This document shows, one piece after another, positions 47,478-56,976 of a stretch of DNA of 59,900 nucleotides. Under the pieces are notes generated by a model. That model was not told where the DNA came from, made no database searches, and worked only from the letters and a program-made list of their open reading frames with translations. A program made the position numbers and the translations under genes. The stretch is from assembly GCA_000993535.1 (NCBI GenBank), contig LBWG01000008.1, positions 1 through 59,900 on the forward strand, written 5' to 3'. Source of the stretch: Candidatus Uhrbacteria bacterium GW2011_GWF2_39_13. GTDB lineage: Bacteria; Patescibacteriota; Patescibacteriia; UBA9934; GWF2-40-263. The stretch's first letter is position 1, and the number at the start of each line of letters is the position of its first letter.

Positions 47478-50400
47478 TCATTCCACAATCATCAGGCGGG
47501 CCCATTGTTCAGGATTTATCAATTCCACTTTTCGCGAGTCGGGAAAATATATATTATTTGTATAAACAACGTCATTTTTGTTTTGAAGGGACACGGCTTT
47601 TATGTCACAGGCGTAATTTGTTCCCGGAGCACTTGTGAAATCAGGTATTTTAACAAGAGGTATGCTGAAGCTGACAGAATAAGGTTTCGTATTTGTGACA
47701 GTGACGGGAAAGGACGTTTCCGCCGTTTTGTCCTTTCCTTTTTCGCCGCCCGATATAATTCCATTCTTATTGTTTGTTGTTATTTCAAGGCAGGTTTTTT
47801 TGTTCATCAGCAATTCTCCGTCTGAAAGATTTATTGGAATAAATGTAAAAGAAAAACTTTTAAAGCTCATTCCGTTTACTGTTCCGGTAAATGTTACATT
47901 CAGGTTATTTTCCGCAATCGCAAAGGAAACGGAAGCAACTTTATTTGCATTGCTGCCATATAGATTTAAATCCTGCCCGGGAGTTTTCCTGTTTTCTGAC
48001 AGAAATATCGGGGTATAACGCAATGGATACGTTCCAAAAATAGTTCCGTATTCCGTGTCAATATTCAGCGGCAGGATTCTTTCAACGGCCTTCATTACAG
48101 ATTCTCTGTAAGGCATATTTACCAGATATGTATTTCCCGGGAGCTTCTCAGATTTTAATTCCGAGACTTTATTCGTATTGAACGGGTCTTCTATAGTCGT
48201 TTCCGCATGGAGAGGAATGGAGCTGTGAGGTTTTATGAACAATTTGATCCCGATAGCTCCGGAAGAGCGTTTCTCCATCCCGAAAACAATCGGAAGCTTC
48301 TCCGTGAATTTCAGCGCCTTAAGTTCCTTTCCGGCGGCATTTAAATCATTTATTTTTAAATAGAGGGGATATGAAGAAATATGGTAATTCAGTTTCCCGT
48401 CTTTTTTCCAATTTTTTACCGGATTTCCGAAACTGTCCATGACGTCGGCGATGCCATCGGCATTCATTGAAATATCATAAACTTTTCCGTCCACGCTGTA
48501 GATAATGCCAATTCCCTCATTGGCCCCTTTTTTTACAAGCCCGATTCTTAATTCTTCAAAATCATCGATTGATTCCGTCCCCTGGTGCCCTCCCAATAAA
48601 TAATTCGCCGCCGCATAGAAATGGAACACAGGCTTAATGCGCCCCGCCTCGTCAAAGAGGCACGCCCCGGTATTTTTTCCCGGGAACACCCCATAATAAA
48701 AGTAACGGCAATTTGAAGCGCCCCAAATCACGCCATCCAGAAGTTCCTGGACTGTCTTGAGTTCTTTTTCTCTTTCGCCAGAAAAATCCGGAGCTCCTTT
48801 CATCTCCTTGAAATCATGCGAGTAGGCAGGAGAATAACATGTCGCGGTAACAAGCGGTATATTGTGTTCTTTCAGGTAATCCCTGAATTCACGGGCTGCC
48901 GTCTTGCTTATTTTGCCGCTGTGCTGGCTGTCAAGATAAGCATGAATTCCATCCATATATTTATATGCCTGGTTATCCGTTGCCTTATTCAAGGCGTTCA
49001 GCAACTTCATGTCTTTTGCGACAAACATATCGAAGAATACGGGTATCTGCGGATCTACAGATTTGACAGCTTTGTATGTGGCCAGATAAAATTTCGCATA
49101 ATCCTCGGGCGAAAAATAATACACTGGCTCATCTTCTATTATATATTTACTCACGCGACCTTTGAAATGTTCAGCAAATTGCTTAACGTAGTCAAGCCAT
49201 AAAGCCATATTTATTTTTGTAGGTTTTCCTTCGCGCCGCGCTTTAACTTCAATGAATTCAGAGGGGTCGCTTCCATTGTACACACACAATTCCGGCACTC
49301 CATAACCGGAGCCGGCTGTATTGACATGCAGTTGAGCAACAGGCTTTATCCCGTCAGCCGCAAAACGTCCAACTTCCATATCCGCGTCTGTCCAGTCGTA
49401 CCTGATATTTTCTTTAGTTGAGTCCTTTGAAAGATTAGGTTTCCAGCGCGGAAATGGATGCCCCAGCGGATTAAATTCAATGATTCCGAATTTCTTCATG
49501 ATTTCCCCGTAACCGAATTCGGGGACGGGGGCCAGTGTATAGTATGCCCCAAGCAGACTTTTTTCCCGGAGATTATTTCGCGGTCCGACGGGCCTTATGA
49601 CATTATAGAAATAGTCGCTTTGCTTAGTGCAAGGCTTGCCGTTCCTGGTATATTCTGCCGTTGTGCGTATCCTGTAGAAACCCGAGCGGCCGGTGTCAAG
49701 GCAGAATTCCTTCTGCAAAGAGTTGCCCTTTACTTCAATCTCTTCCTTTTTTCCGACTTCCCTGTCAAAATAATCATATACATTGAAATAACAATTTTTC
49801 ACAAGCACGTCGGGAGATTTCTGAAGATTGAAAAGAACTTTTGCCTGTGAATTCAAGTCAAATATCGATTGAGTATTGGGCGGAATGAAGTTGGCTTCAA
49901 GCCCGCCGCATGGTTCATAACTTTTTCCATTACCCTCAGTTATCTGAAGCGAATCGACAAGCAGAGGTGTTTTCAGGGGGGCATCGACGGGTTTCTCGAA
50001 AGAAATGCGGTAAAGGCCATTTGTATCCTCGTCCGGCAGTGTCTTGAAACTGAAAGCGCTTTTTTTCCATCCCTTGACATCGGAGGCTTTTGCATTGTCG
50101 GCAACAATTTTTTTCACTTCCTGAAAAACGCCATCGTTTGAAGCCTCAATGCTTACAGTCACGGGCGTCTTATTTTCATCTGCAGTGTAAATGCTGAAAG
50201 CATAATCTTTAATGCCTTTGAGGACGAAAAGCCGCGATATTATCTTGACTTTTCCGATGTCAAGAGAATAATTTCCATGCGCGGCTTTTTTATTCAGCAG
50301 GAAAGGTTTTGTCATTTCATTGCTGCGGTACTTCTGCACGTCCCAGCATCTTATTCCCTCCTCGAAACCTGAATTGGGCAGCAAATTGCCTTCAGGGTTG

Positions 50401-50933
50401 GCCGGTATTTCCCTGACATATTTAAGGGTCTGATACCTGAATTTCTCCCGCTTCACTCCATGTTGATAAAAGGTTTCATATTTATATTCCGGGTCGTTGG
50501 TGAAAATAGTGGTGTACCATATGATCCTGCCTTTTTTCCCGTCAAGGGTTTCGGCCTTGAACTTTATCTCGTCCGAGGCTTCCTTAAGCTGGAACTTCAA
50601 TTCAGTCCAGTTGGATCTGTGGGTGTCTTTTTTAATGACAGCTTCCTCCGACAGGCTTCCTATGGTAATAGTAACCTTGATGTCATTTTCAGGAAAATGC
50701 CTTACATAAGCCCTGACTTCTCCTGGCCCTGCTTTGAAAGGCAGCCTTTTTTCCGCGGTCCAACTGCCTTCAAAACCTGTTAAGGATGGCCGCTCGCCTG
50801 AATATCTCCTGGCTTTCTCCACATTGTCAACGTCATCCATTGATAATTTATAAGTGAATACCTCAGGAGTTTTTTCAGCCCCGGCAAATATTGCCGACAA
50901 AAACAGGAACCCGATTATAAGCTTCTTTAACAT
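47478..50933 (-). CDS. Large secreted multidomain protein (CBM-like + GH39/GH-A-like barrel)
   Basis: Signal peptide; NLLPNSGFEEG (CBM4-like), YDWTDAD, FAEHFKGRV-x-KYIIEDEP and MDGIHAY. Confidence 0.6.
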   Translation of the reverse strand: MLKKLIIGFLFLSAIFAGAEKTPEVFTYKLSMDDVDNVEKARRYSGERPSLTGFEGSWTAEKRLPFKAGPGEVRAYVRHFPENDIKVTITIGSLSEEAVIKKDTHRSNWTELKFQLKEASDEIKFKAETLDGKKGRIIWYTTIFTNDPEYKYETFYQHGVKREKFRYQTLKYVREIPANPEGNLLPNSGFEEGIRCWDVQKYRSNEMTKPFLLNKKAAHGNYSLDIGKVKIISRLFVLKGIKDYAFSIYTADENKTPVTVSIEASNDGVFQEVKKIVADNAKASDVKGWKKSAFSFKTLPDEDTNGLYRISFEKPVDAPLKTPLLVDSLQITEGNGKSYEPCGGLEANFIPPNTQSIFDLNSQAKVLFNLQKSPDVLVKNCYFNVYDYFDREVGKKEEIEVKGNSLQKEFCLDTGRSGFYRIRTTAEYTRNGKPCTKQSDYFYNVIRPVGPRNNLREKSLLGAYYTLAPVPEFGYGEIMKKFGIIEFNPLGHPFPRWKPNLSKDSTKENIRYDWTDADMEVGRFAADGIKPVAQLHVNTAGSGYGVPELCVYNGSDPSEFIEVKARREGKPTKINMALWLDYVKQFAEHFKGRVSKYIIEDEPVYYFSPEDYAKFYLATYKAVKSVDPQIPVFFDMFVAKDMKLLNALNKATDNQAYKYMDGIHAYLDSQHSGKISKTAAREFRDYLKEHNIPLVTATCYSPAYSHDFKEMKGAPDFSGEREKELKTVQELLDGVIWGASNCRYFYYGVFPGKNTGACLFDEAGRIKPVFHFYAAANYLLGGHQGTESIDDFEELRIGLVKKGANEGIGIIYSVDGKVYDISMNADGIADVMDSFGNPVKNWKKDGKLNYHISSYPLYLKINDLNAAGKELKALKFTEKLPIVFGMEKRSSGAIGIKLFIKPHSSIPLHAETTIEDPFNTNKVSELKSEKLPGNTYLVNMPYRESVMKAVERILPLNIDTEYGTIFGTYPLRYTPIFLSENRKTPGQDLNLYGSNANKVASVSFAIAENNLNVTFTGTVNGMSFKSFSFTFIPINLSDGELLMNKKTCLEITTNNKNGIISGGEKGKDKTAETSFPVTVTNTKPYSVSFSIPLVKIPDFTSAPGTNYACDIKAVSLQNKNDVVYTNNIYFPDSRKVELINPEQWARLMIVE

Positions 50934-50957
50934 TTTGATATCCCTTCCTTAAAATTT

Positions 50958-51764
50958 TTAATTTTGATCTGCAATATTTGCCATATCATGAATATCCTTC
51001 GCCTGAAGGCCGAGGGCATCAATAAAATATTGGAAGTCTTTTACAGCTTCGAGTTCTTTAATTCCGTGAGCGTCGCTTCCAAAAGTAAATTTGCATCCGG
51101 CTTCCTTGGCGATTGCAAGGAATCTCACCGGCGTCTCAATGCTGAAAAAGCGGTTTTTAGCCGCGTTTGGCAAATAACAGGGATTGATTTCGATGCCTGT
51201 ATTCTTTGCCGCCGCCACGGCGCACGCGTCAAAGAGTTCCGCATCGGATATTGATGCCATCGCTGTATCATACATATCTATGAAACCATATGGGAAAAAT
51301 GGATGCGCCAGAATATCCCCCATGCCGCTTTCCGCCGCGGAAATGAAGAATTTGAGCATATGCCGCCCAAGTGTCCGGGAATCGGAATTCTCCGGCTGTT
51401 CAACAAAATCCTTCATGTGAAAATGGTCGGAGGACAGAAGCACATAGTCCATTTGCCTTTTGAAATCATCCGTAATGCCGAATTTTCCCGGAGCAATCAT
51501 GTCCGCTTCACATCCGACCAGCACTTCAATCCCCCAATCACGGCTTTGCGCAATCTCTTTAAGCTTTAAATGTTCCTCTCCCGACTGTTTGTTGTAAAAT
51601 CCGGACGGCTTGTACATATCCGATACCCATACGTGATCGGCAAAACCGATTTTTTTCAAGCCCATGTTTTTCGTGGCTTCCGTTATATTTTCAATAGTCT
51701 GTTCTTTGTCATGACAACACGGAGAAGCAGATGTATGTATGTGTAAATCAGATAAAATTCTCAT
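50958..51764 (-). CDS. PHP domain protein (HisPPase/PolX-PHP-like phosphoesterase)
   Basis: DLHIHT, FADH, ILAHPF, IEIN and FGSDAH. Confidence 0.88.
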   Translation of the reverse strand: MRILSDLHIHTSASPCCHDKEQTIENITEATKNMGLKKIGFADHVWVSDMYKPSGFYNKQSGEEHLKLKEIAQSRDWGIEVLVGCEADMIAPGKFGITDDFKRQMDYVLLSSDHFHMKDFVEQPENSDSRTLGRHMLKFFISAAESGMGDILAHPFFPYGFIDMYDTAMASISDAELFDACAVAAAKNTGIEINPCYLPNAAKNRFFSIETPVRFLAIAKEAGCKFTFGSDAHGIKELEAVKDFQYFIDALGLQAKDIHDMANIADQN

Positions 51765-52621
51765 CGCAGGTCCCTTTCAAAAAAACGGTCGCACAAACGC
51801 CCCTGCACAAATGTCTTGTCAAAATTGTAATCACTTTTGAAGCCGGCTTCAGCGGCCATGGAAATTGTCTTCATGGACAATTTTGTTTCAGTGACTTCAA
51901 ACAGCTTGAACTCAAACGGCGCTTCCGTAAAGGCTGACACCGTAATGTAATTCACTCCGTCCAGTTCTACATTCATATTCATATGATTGTGCGCGCCTAA
52001 TACTGCTTTTACAGACAATTCATCTGCTATTTTTCGCATTGTCATGGAAAAATCGCCTTCAGGCAAATGCAGCGGATTTTTCAAACCGCTCTGTTCGCAA
52101 GGAAGTCCCAATACCGGCGAATGAACAATTAAAAACAGCGGTTTGGAAACAGTCCCGTATTTTCTCAGCGCTTCCAATTGGGAGGCTGAAAAATATGGTA
52201 TTTGTTTTTCCGCCGGGTCCCAGAAATACGGTTTCTTTCCCCAGTGACAGGTCAGAAAATAAAAATCCATTTCATCATGTGAGAATGGGAAATTCACCGA
52301 ATTTCCGGAAAAATATTCAGGGGCCTTATTCAACCAATATCCTACGGCGTCATCTGAAGTAAGATCGTGATTTCCCAACGCAATATGGACGGGACATGGC
52401 AACTGTCTGAAGAATTTCAATGCCGCGTCTATGTTTTCAGCGCTCGAACTGTCAACCATATCTCCGCCGTGAATTATGAAATCTATATTCTTCTGCTTTT
52501 CTATCCATCCGGCAAGGCACTCCATCAATTCTGAAATATGCAAGAGATAACGCGGCTGCTGCCGGTAGCCCTCGCTATCTGAACCGCCGATATGAGTGTC
52601 TGCAAGATAAATAAATTTCAT
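51761..52621 (-). CDS. Calcineurin-like metallophosphoesterase (CpdA-like)
   Basis: ADTHIG, GGDMVD, LGNHD and GAHNH. Confidence 0.9.
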   Translation of the reverse strand: MKFIYLADTHIGGSDSEGYRQQPRYLLHISELMECLAGWIEKQKNIDFIIHGGDMVDSSSAENIDAALKFFRQLPCPVHIALGNHDLTSDDAVGYWLNKAPEYFSGNSVNFPFSHDEMDFYFLTCHWGKKPYFWDPAEKQIPYFSASQLEALRKYGTVSKPLFLIVHSPVLGLPCEQSGLKNPLHLPEGDFSMTMRKIADELSVKAVLGAHNHMNMNVELDGVNYITVSAFTEAPFEFKLFEVTETKLSMKTISMAAEAGFKSDYNFDKTFVQGRLCDRFFERDLR

Positions 52622-52648
52622 ACAGGATTTCCCCAGTAATTTTCAATA

Positions 52649-53440
52649 TCAATCTTTATTATGTGTCCAGTATTTTCTTTTTGAGAGGACGCTTTCCGTA
52701 TCCAAGCCCGCTATGTCCGAAGTTTTTTTTGCTTCAACATGGCAATCGAAAAATAAGGCATTTCCTTTATTTATGTGCCTCGGTCCGAATGTCGGCACAG
52801 TATCCGCTTCATACCAATTGCGTCGGGGTTCACAGAACGTACTGAGTCCTGAAGTGTTTAATCTTTTCCGTATATCACTCAACGCTATTGTGTCGGGACT
52901 TACCGAGAGGCTTCTCACATGGTAAAGCTGATTGGCGACAGGATTACATTTATACCCCATTCCGGTTGTCCCCCATCCGTAAGAGTTCCACCCGTAAGGA
53001 TTGTATTCTTTTTCTGTCGGATTGGCAAGGTAATCAGACTCTATCGGCAGAAGTTTTATCCCGGGACAGTCAAATATGGTGCCTTTTAGATATCTGTAAT
53101 AACTTGAGGTTGCATAATCAGCGTATTTGGGATTATTCAAGGCATATCCAATCAGGCCGTTTTGAGAAGTCCACGCCCCGCACCCCCCCTGGCTTGCCTC
53201 CATCCAGCCGACCGGGCACCAGTCGTTGTTGTCGCCGATATACGACGTCAGACATGTCCCGATATTACGCAGATTACCGGAACACTGGATCATGCGGGCC
53301 CGGTCTTTCGCCGCTTTCAGTCCCGGCAAAAGAAGGCTCGCCAGAATTGCTATAATGGAAATGACTATCAGCAATTCCAAAAGAGTAAAATACAGTTTCT
53401 TTCTTAACGGACAAATAATTTTTTCACCTTTAATACTCAT
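52649..53440 (-). CDS. Prepilin-type cleavage/methylation + H-X9-DG-like domain protein
   Basis: FTLLELLIVISIIAILASLLLPGLKAAK, CSGNLRNIG, FDCP and RHINKGNALFFDCHVE. Confidence 0.9.
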   Translation of the reverse strand: MSIKGEKIICPLRKKLYFTLLELLIVISIIAILASLLLPGLKAAKDRARMIQCSGNLRNIGTCLTSYIGDNNDWCPVGWMEASQGGCGAWTSQNGLIGYALNNPKYADYATSSYYRYLKGTIFDCPGIKLLPIESDYLANPTEKEYNPYGWNSYGWGTTGMGYKCNPVANQLYHVRSLSVSPDTIALSDIRKRLNTSGLSTFCEPRRNWYEADTVPTFGPRHINKGNALFFDCHVEAKKTSDIAGLDTESVLSKRKYWTHNKD

Positions 53441-54476
53441 TTCCTTTTTTCTTTCGTAGTTTTGTTACGGTTTCGCCTGCGATAAATCCATAAGGAACAA
53501 AAGTTCTCCAGTCTTCCGGATTTTCTCCATTGATAATGGCAATCAGGGAGCTGACGGCATACTCGGCTATTTTTGTCTGGGATACGGTAAAAGAGCTGAG
53601 TCTGGGAGTCAAATGAGCATACCTGTCATAGCAGTTTCCAACACACATTATCGAAATATCTTCCGGTACTTTTATTCCTTTTGCCGGGGCAATTTCCAGA
53701 AGTTTCGCGCCTGCTGGCATATCCGTAAATATGGCTGTAGGCCTTATCTTCGCGGGCATCGCAAGCCATTTCTCAAGTGTCTTGCCCAACAGGGACGTAT
53801 CGACGCTGTTCCTGATGAAAAGCCAGTCGTCATTGAAGCCCGGATTATTTTTTTTCATCGTGAAAGCATATCCCTGCATAGTTCTCAGGGCATCTTCCCA
53901 ATCGTTCACATTGGCAGCCAGGTGGGCAATATTCCTATGGCCCAGCGACCACAGATATTTGACGGCTTTACATGCTATTTCATAATAATCGGAATTGGCG
54001 GAGGCAACACCATCCGGAACATTACTTTTAAGAAGGACTACAGTCGGGAAATTTTTCTTTCCAAGGTATTCTGACGCGTTTTGACGAAGAGATTCGTTGA
54101 ATATAACCCCGTCTATTCTTCCATCCAGAAATTTTATCGGATTTACAATATCAGTGCCTCTGATTACTTTTTCCCCGAGATAAAACATCACATCATAGTC
54201 GCTCTTTTCGGAAACGGCGTTTATAATGTATTGAAACATTTCAGATAAATTAGGTATCTTGAAGTACCCCAGCCCGATGGTGTTTGTTTTGCCATTCTGA
54301 AGCGACTTTACCATATTATTGGGGGAATAGCCGAGCTCCTCTATTGCCTTGTTAATCCGTTCGACAGTCGTTTTCGAAAAGTTGAAATTGAGCTTGTGGT
54401 TCAATATGCATGACACCGTCGTGGGGGAAACCCTGGCATACTTTGCCACGTCTCTGATGGTTGGAAGCCTGTTCAT
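53430..54476 (-). CDS. LacI family transcriptional regulator
   Basis: TIRDVAKYARVSPTTVS, LGYSPN, LGHRNIAHL and KVPEDISI. Confidence 0.93.
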   Translation of the reverse strand: MNRLPTIRDVAKYARVSPTTVSCILNHKLNFNFSKTTVERINKAIEELGYSPNNMVKSLQNGKTNTIGLGYFKIPNLSEMFQYIINAVSEKSDYDVMFYLGEKVIRGTDIVNPIKFLDGRIDGVIFNESLRQNASEYLGKKNFPTVVLLKSNVPDGVASANSDYYEIACKAVKYLWSLGHRNIAHLAANVNDWEDALRTMQGYAFTMKKNNPGFNDDWLFIRNSVDTSLLGKTLEKWLAMPAKIRPTAIFTDMPAGAKLLEIAPAKGIKVPEDISIMCVGNCYDRYAHLTPRLSSFTVSQTKIAEYAVSSLIAIINGENPEDWRTFVPYGFIAGETVTKLRKKKGNEY

Positions 54477-54496
54477 GAAGCCTCTTTATTAAACAT

Positions 54497-54544
54497 AGTT
54501 TAGTAAACTTAATTTAATTATATGACTTTTTTGCGAATTGTCAA
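54497..54544 (-). promoter_or_regulatory. Consensus promoter TTGACA-N16-TATAAT with palindromic operator candidate
   Basis: Minus-strand -35 at 54539-54544 and -10 at 54517-54522; palindrome agttta-g-taaact at 54497-54509 just downstream. Confidence 0.7.
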
Positions 54545-54604
54545 GAGATTTTCCAGTAAAAAAAACACTTTTTACAAAAAAAGTTTTTCCCCGCCGCAAG
54601 ATGT

Positions 54605-55900
54605 TCATGCGTCAAGTATTACCTTTTGCCTTATTAATATTTCTTTAAGCCCTTTTATATCAATGTTTTTCGGCTCCTTTCCTGAACTTACAGACAAAGC
54701 CGCAGCCGCTCCGGCCGCTTCTCCCATTGCCATGCATATCGCCATGACCCTGATTGAGCCCAATGCCTCCCTGTCAGCCGAGACACACCTCCCCGCCGCT
54801 ATCAGCCCGTCGATTTTCTCGGGAACAAGGCATCTGTAAGGAATCGTATAGGAAAAGCCGGGTTTAAGATGTATCATAATGCCGGTGTCGTCTCTTCCGC
54901 TATGGACGTCAATTCCGTATGCCCCTCTGCAAATTCTGTCGTCAAATTCCCTGTATCCGAGTATGTCTTCACGTGTCAGGGTATATAAGCCCTTGAGCCT
55001 GCGGCTTTCACGGGTACCCGTCTGCGGCGCCGTAGAAACAAGGTAACAATCCCTGAAGCCGGGAATATATTTTCTGAACCATTCAATCAGCTCATGGACC
55101 TGTTTCCGGCACTCAATTTCCGACATCGTGATATCTTTTGCATTGGTGCAATCGCCAAAAGACCTTGTTATATTAGCGTAAACTTCCCCCTTCCTTAATG
55201 TGGGAAAGAGCGCAAAACTTCTGTTTTTAGATGGATAACCGTATTTGTCATAAGCGTTCTGAAAAGCAAAATATCTCTCCTCGGTTACGACATCAGGCCA
55301 GGTATCTGTCGGCACACCACCCATTATGAAGGCCAGCGTCATCGGCTGAAGCCCGCTTTTATCAGGGCTCTTGAAAAAATCAGCCCCTGAATGATAAATG
55401 ACGTCTCCATCCCCCGTTGCGTCAATTACCACATCCGCAAGGAAAACCTGCCTTCCTGATTTGTTCTCGACAATTATCCCTTTGACTTTATTATTTTCCG
55501 TAAATGCCCCGGCGATGAAAGAGTGATACAGAATTTCCACTCCTGCCTCAGACATCATAGTGTCGCATAAAAATTTTACATGCTCCGGTGACTGGCGCAC
55601 CAATGGCGCTGACGGCTTTCCCAATGTCCCGCCGATTTTTTCAAGACGCTGAACGAATTCAAGAGAAATGCCTCCGATTATCACGTTTCCCGCATTGTCA
55701 CTGTAATTTCTTATATTCATGACATATCCGGCGGTAAGATTTCCGCCAAGGAAACCCCAGCGCTCGACAATGAGCGTTTTTGCGCCGTTGCGGGCGGCCG
55801 AAAGCGCCGCAATAATGCCGGCCGGGCCCCCGCCTGCAACTATTACATCGTAATTGCCCGCTACTTCAGTCTTTCTTTCAGTCTCAATGATATGTTCCAT
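54605..55900 (-). CDS. FAD-dependent oxidoreductase (FAD_oxidored/PF12831-like)
   Basis: VAGGGPAG, IDATGDGD, RESRR, IPYRCL, AGRCVSA and RVMAICMAMGEAAG. Confidence 0.9.
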   Translation of the reverse strand: MEHIIETERKTEVAGNYDVIVAGGGPAGIIAALSAARNGAKTLIVERWGFLGGNLTAGYVMNIRNYSDNAGNVIIGGISLEFVQRLEKIGGTLGKPSAPLVRQSPEHVKFLCDTMMSEAGVEILYHSFIAGAFTENNKVKGIIVENKSGRQVFLADVVIDATGDGDVIYHSGADFFKSPDKSGLQPMTLAFIMGGVPTDTWPDVVTEERYFAFQNAYDKYGYPSKNRSFALFPTLRKGEVYANITRSFGDCTNAKDITMSEIECRKQVHELIEWFRKYIPGFRDCYLVSTAPQTGTRESRRLKGLYTLTREDILGYREFDDRICRGAYGIDVHSGRDDTGIMIHLKPGFSYTIPYRCLVPEKIDGLIAAGRCVSADREALGSIRVMAICMAMGEAAGAAAALSVSSGKEPKNIDIKGLKEILIRQKVILDA

Positions 55901-56025
55901 AGCTCTGCCCCCAATGTTATTTATTATTAATTTTACATTGAAAATCTTTTTTATGCCTTTAATTTATTAATATAGTATCTTAAATATTTTCATATTTTTC
56001 AAATTAACACCGGAGACGCCTTATC

Positions 56026-56976
56026 TTGAAAAATCAAAGGATACTGAAAAAAACAGACGGCTATGATCCGTATGATATTAATTCTTATATCAGATGGCTG
56101 TGCAAAAAATACGGAATATGGATATCCGTCAAAGACCTTTATGGTTTTTCAAGTTATTATCTGTGCAGACTTGATGATGAATTTCGCGGACACGCCTGTC
56201 CCTTCTGCGTTTATGTCAAGTCATTTCAACGCTTGCGTGAAAAATGCTATGAAGAGCGTTATGCCGCAACTGTAAAATCAGGACAGGTGAAAGTTCCTTT
56301 TTCCAAATCCTGTTATATGGGGCTGGGGGAAATAGTAGTGCCTGTAATAAAAGATAATCTATATATGGGGAATATTGCCTTTGGACATTTCGATACTTTC
56401 AAAAATGATAAAGGAAAAAAAGCTTTTTTGGAAAAAATTTCCACTGAAAATAATGCGGACGTCAAAAAGCTGACAAAATTTTATAAACAGTCGGCCATTC
56501 AGAGCCTGAAAAAACTCGGCGAAATAATTCCGCATATTCAGAACCTTGCTTTTATTTTTTCAATTGCCGGACACTCAATGTACAAGATGCCTGACAAGAA
56601 TCTTCAGCAAATCGAAAGCCTGAAAAATAATGACGGAATGAAAAAAATCTCCAGACAGGAATGGCTTGTCAATGAGGCTGTAAAATATATAAAGGACAAT
56701 TTCCGCAAAAATATTTCTCTCAGTGAAATAGCAAAAAATATATACCTGAGCCCGGGTTATTTGAGTATGCTTTTCAACAAAATCACAAGGACATCCTGTT
56801 CTCTATATATAAATCGAGTTAGAATTGAAACTGCCAGAAAACTACTCTCGGATACATCTGTTCCCATCTCAAAAATTACTTTTGAAGTAGGCTTCAATGA
56901 TTCCAATTATTTCTCCAAGGTTTTTTCGGATACGGTAGGAGTATCCCCAACCGAATATAGGCGAAAGTATCAATAA
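56026..56976 (+). CDS. PocR-domain AraC family transcriptional regulator
   Basis: HACPFCVYVK and CYMGL (PocR); C-terminal VGFNDSNYFSKVF-x4-GVSPTEYR. Confidence 0.88.
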   Translation: MKNQRILKKTDGYDPYDINSYIRWLCKKYGIWISVKDLYGFSSYYLCRLDDEFRGHACPFCVYVKSFQRLREKCYEERYAATVKSGQVKVPFSKSCYMGLGEIVVPVIKDNLYMGNIAFGHFDTFKNDKGKKAFLEKISTENNADVKKLTKFYKQSAIQSLKKLGEIIPHIQNLAFIFSIAGHSMYKMPDKNLQQIESLKNNDGMKKISRQEWLVNEAVKYIKDNFRKNISLSEIAKNIYLSPGYLSMLFNKITRTSCSLYINRVRIETARKLLSDTSVPISKITFEVGFNDSNYFSKVFSDTVGVSPTEYRRKYQ

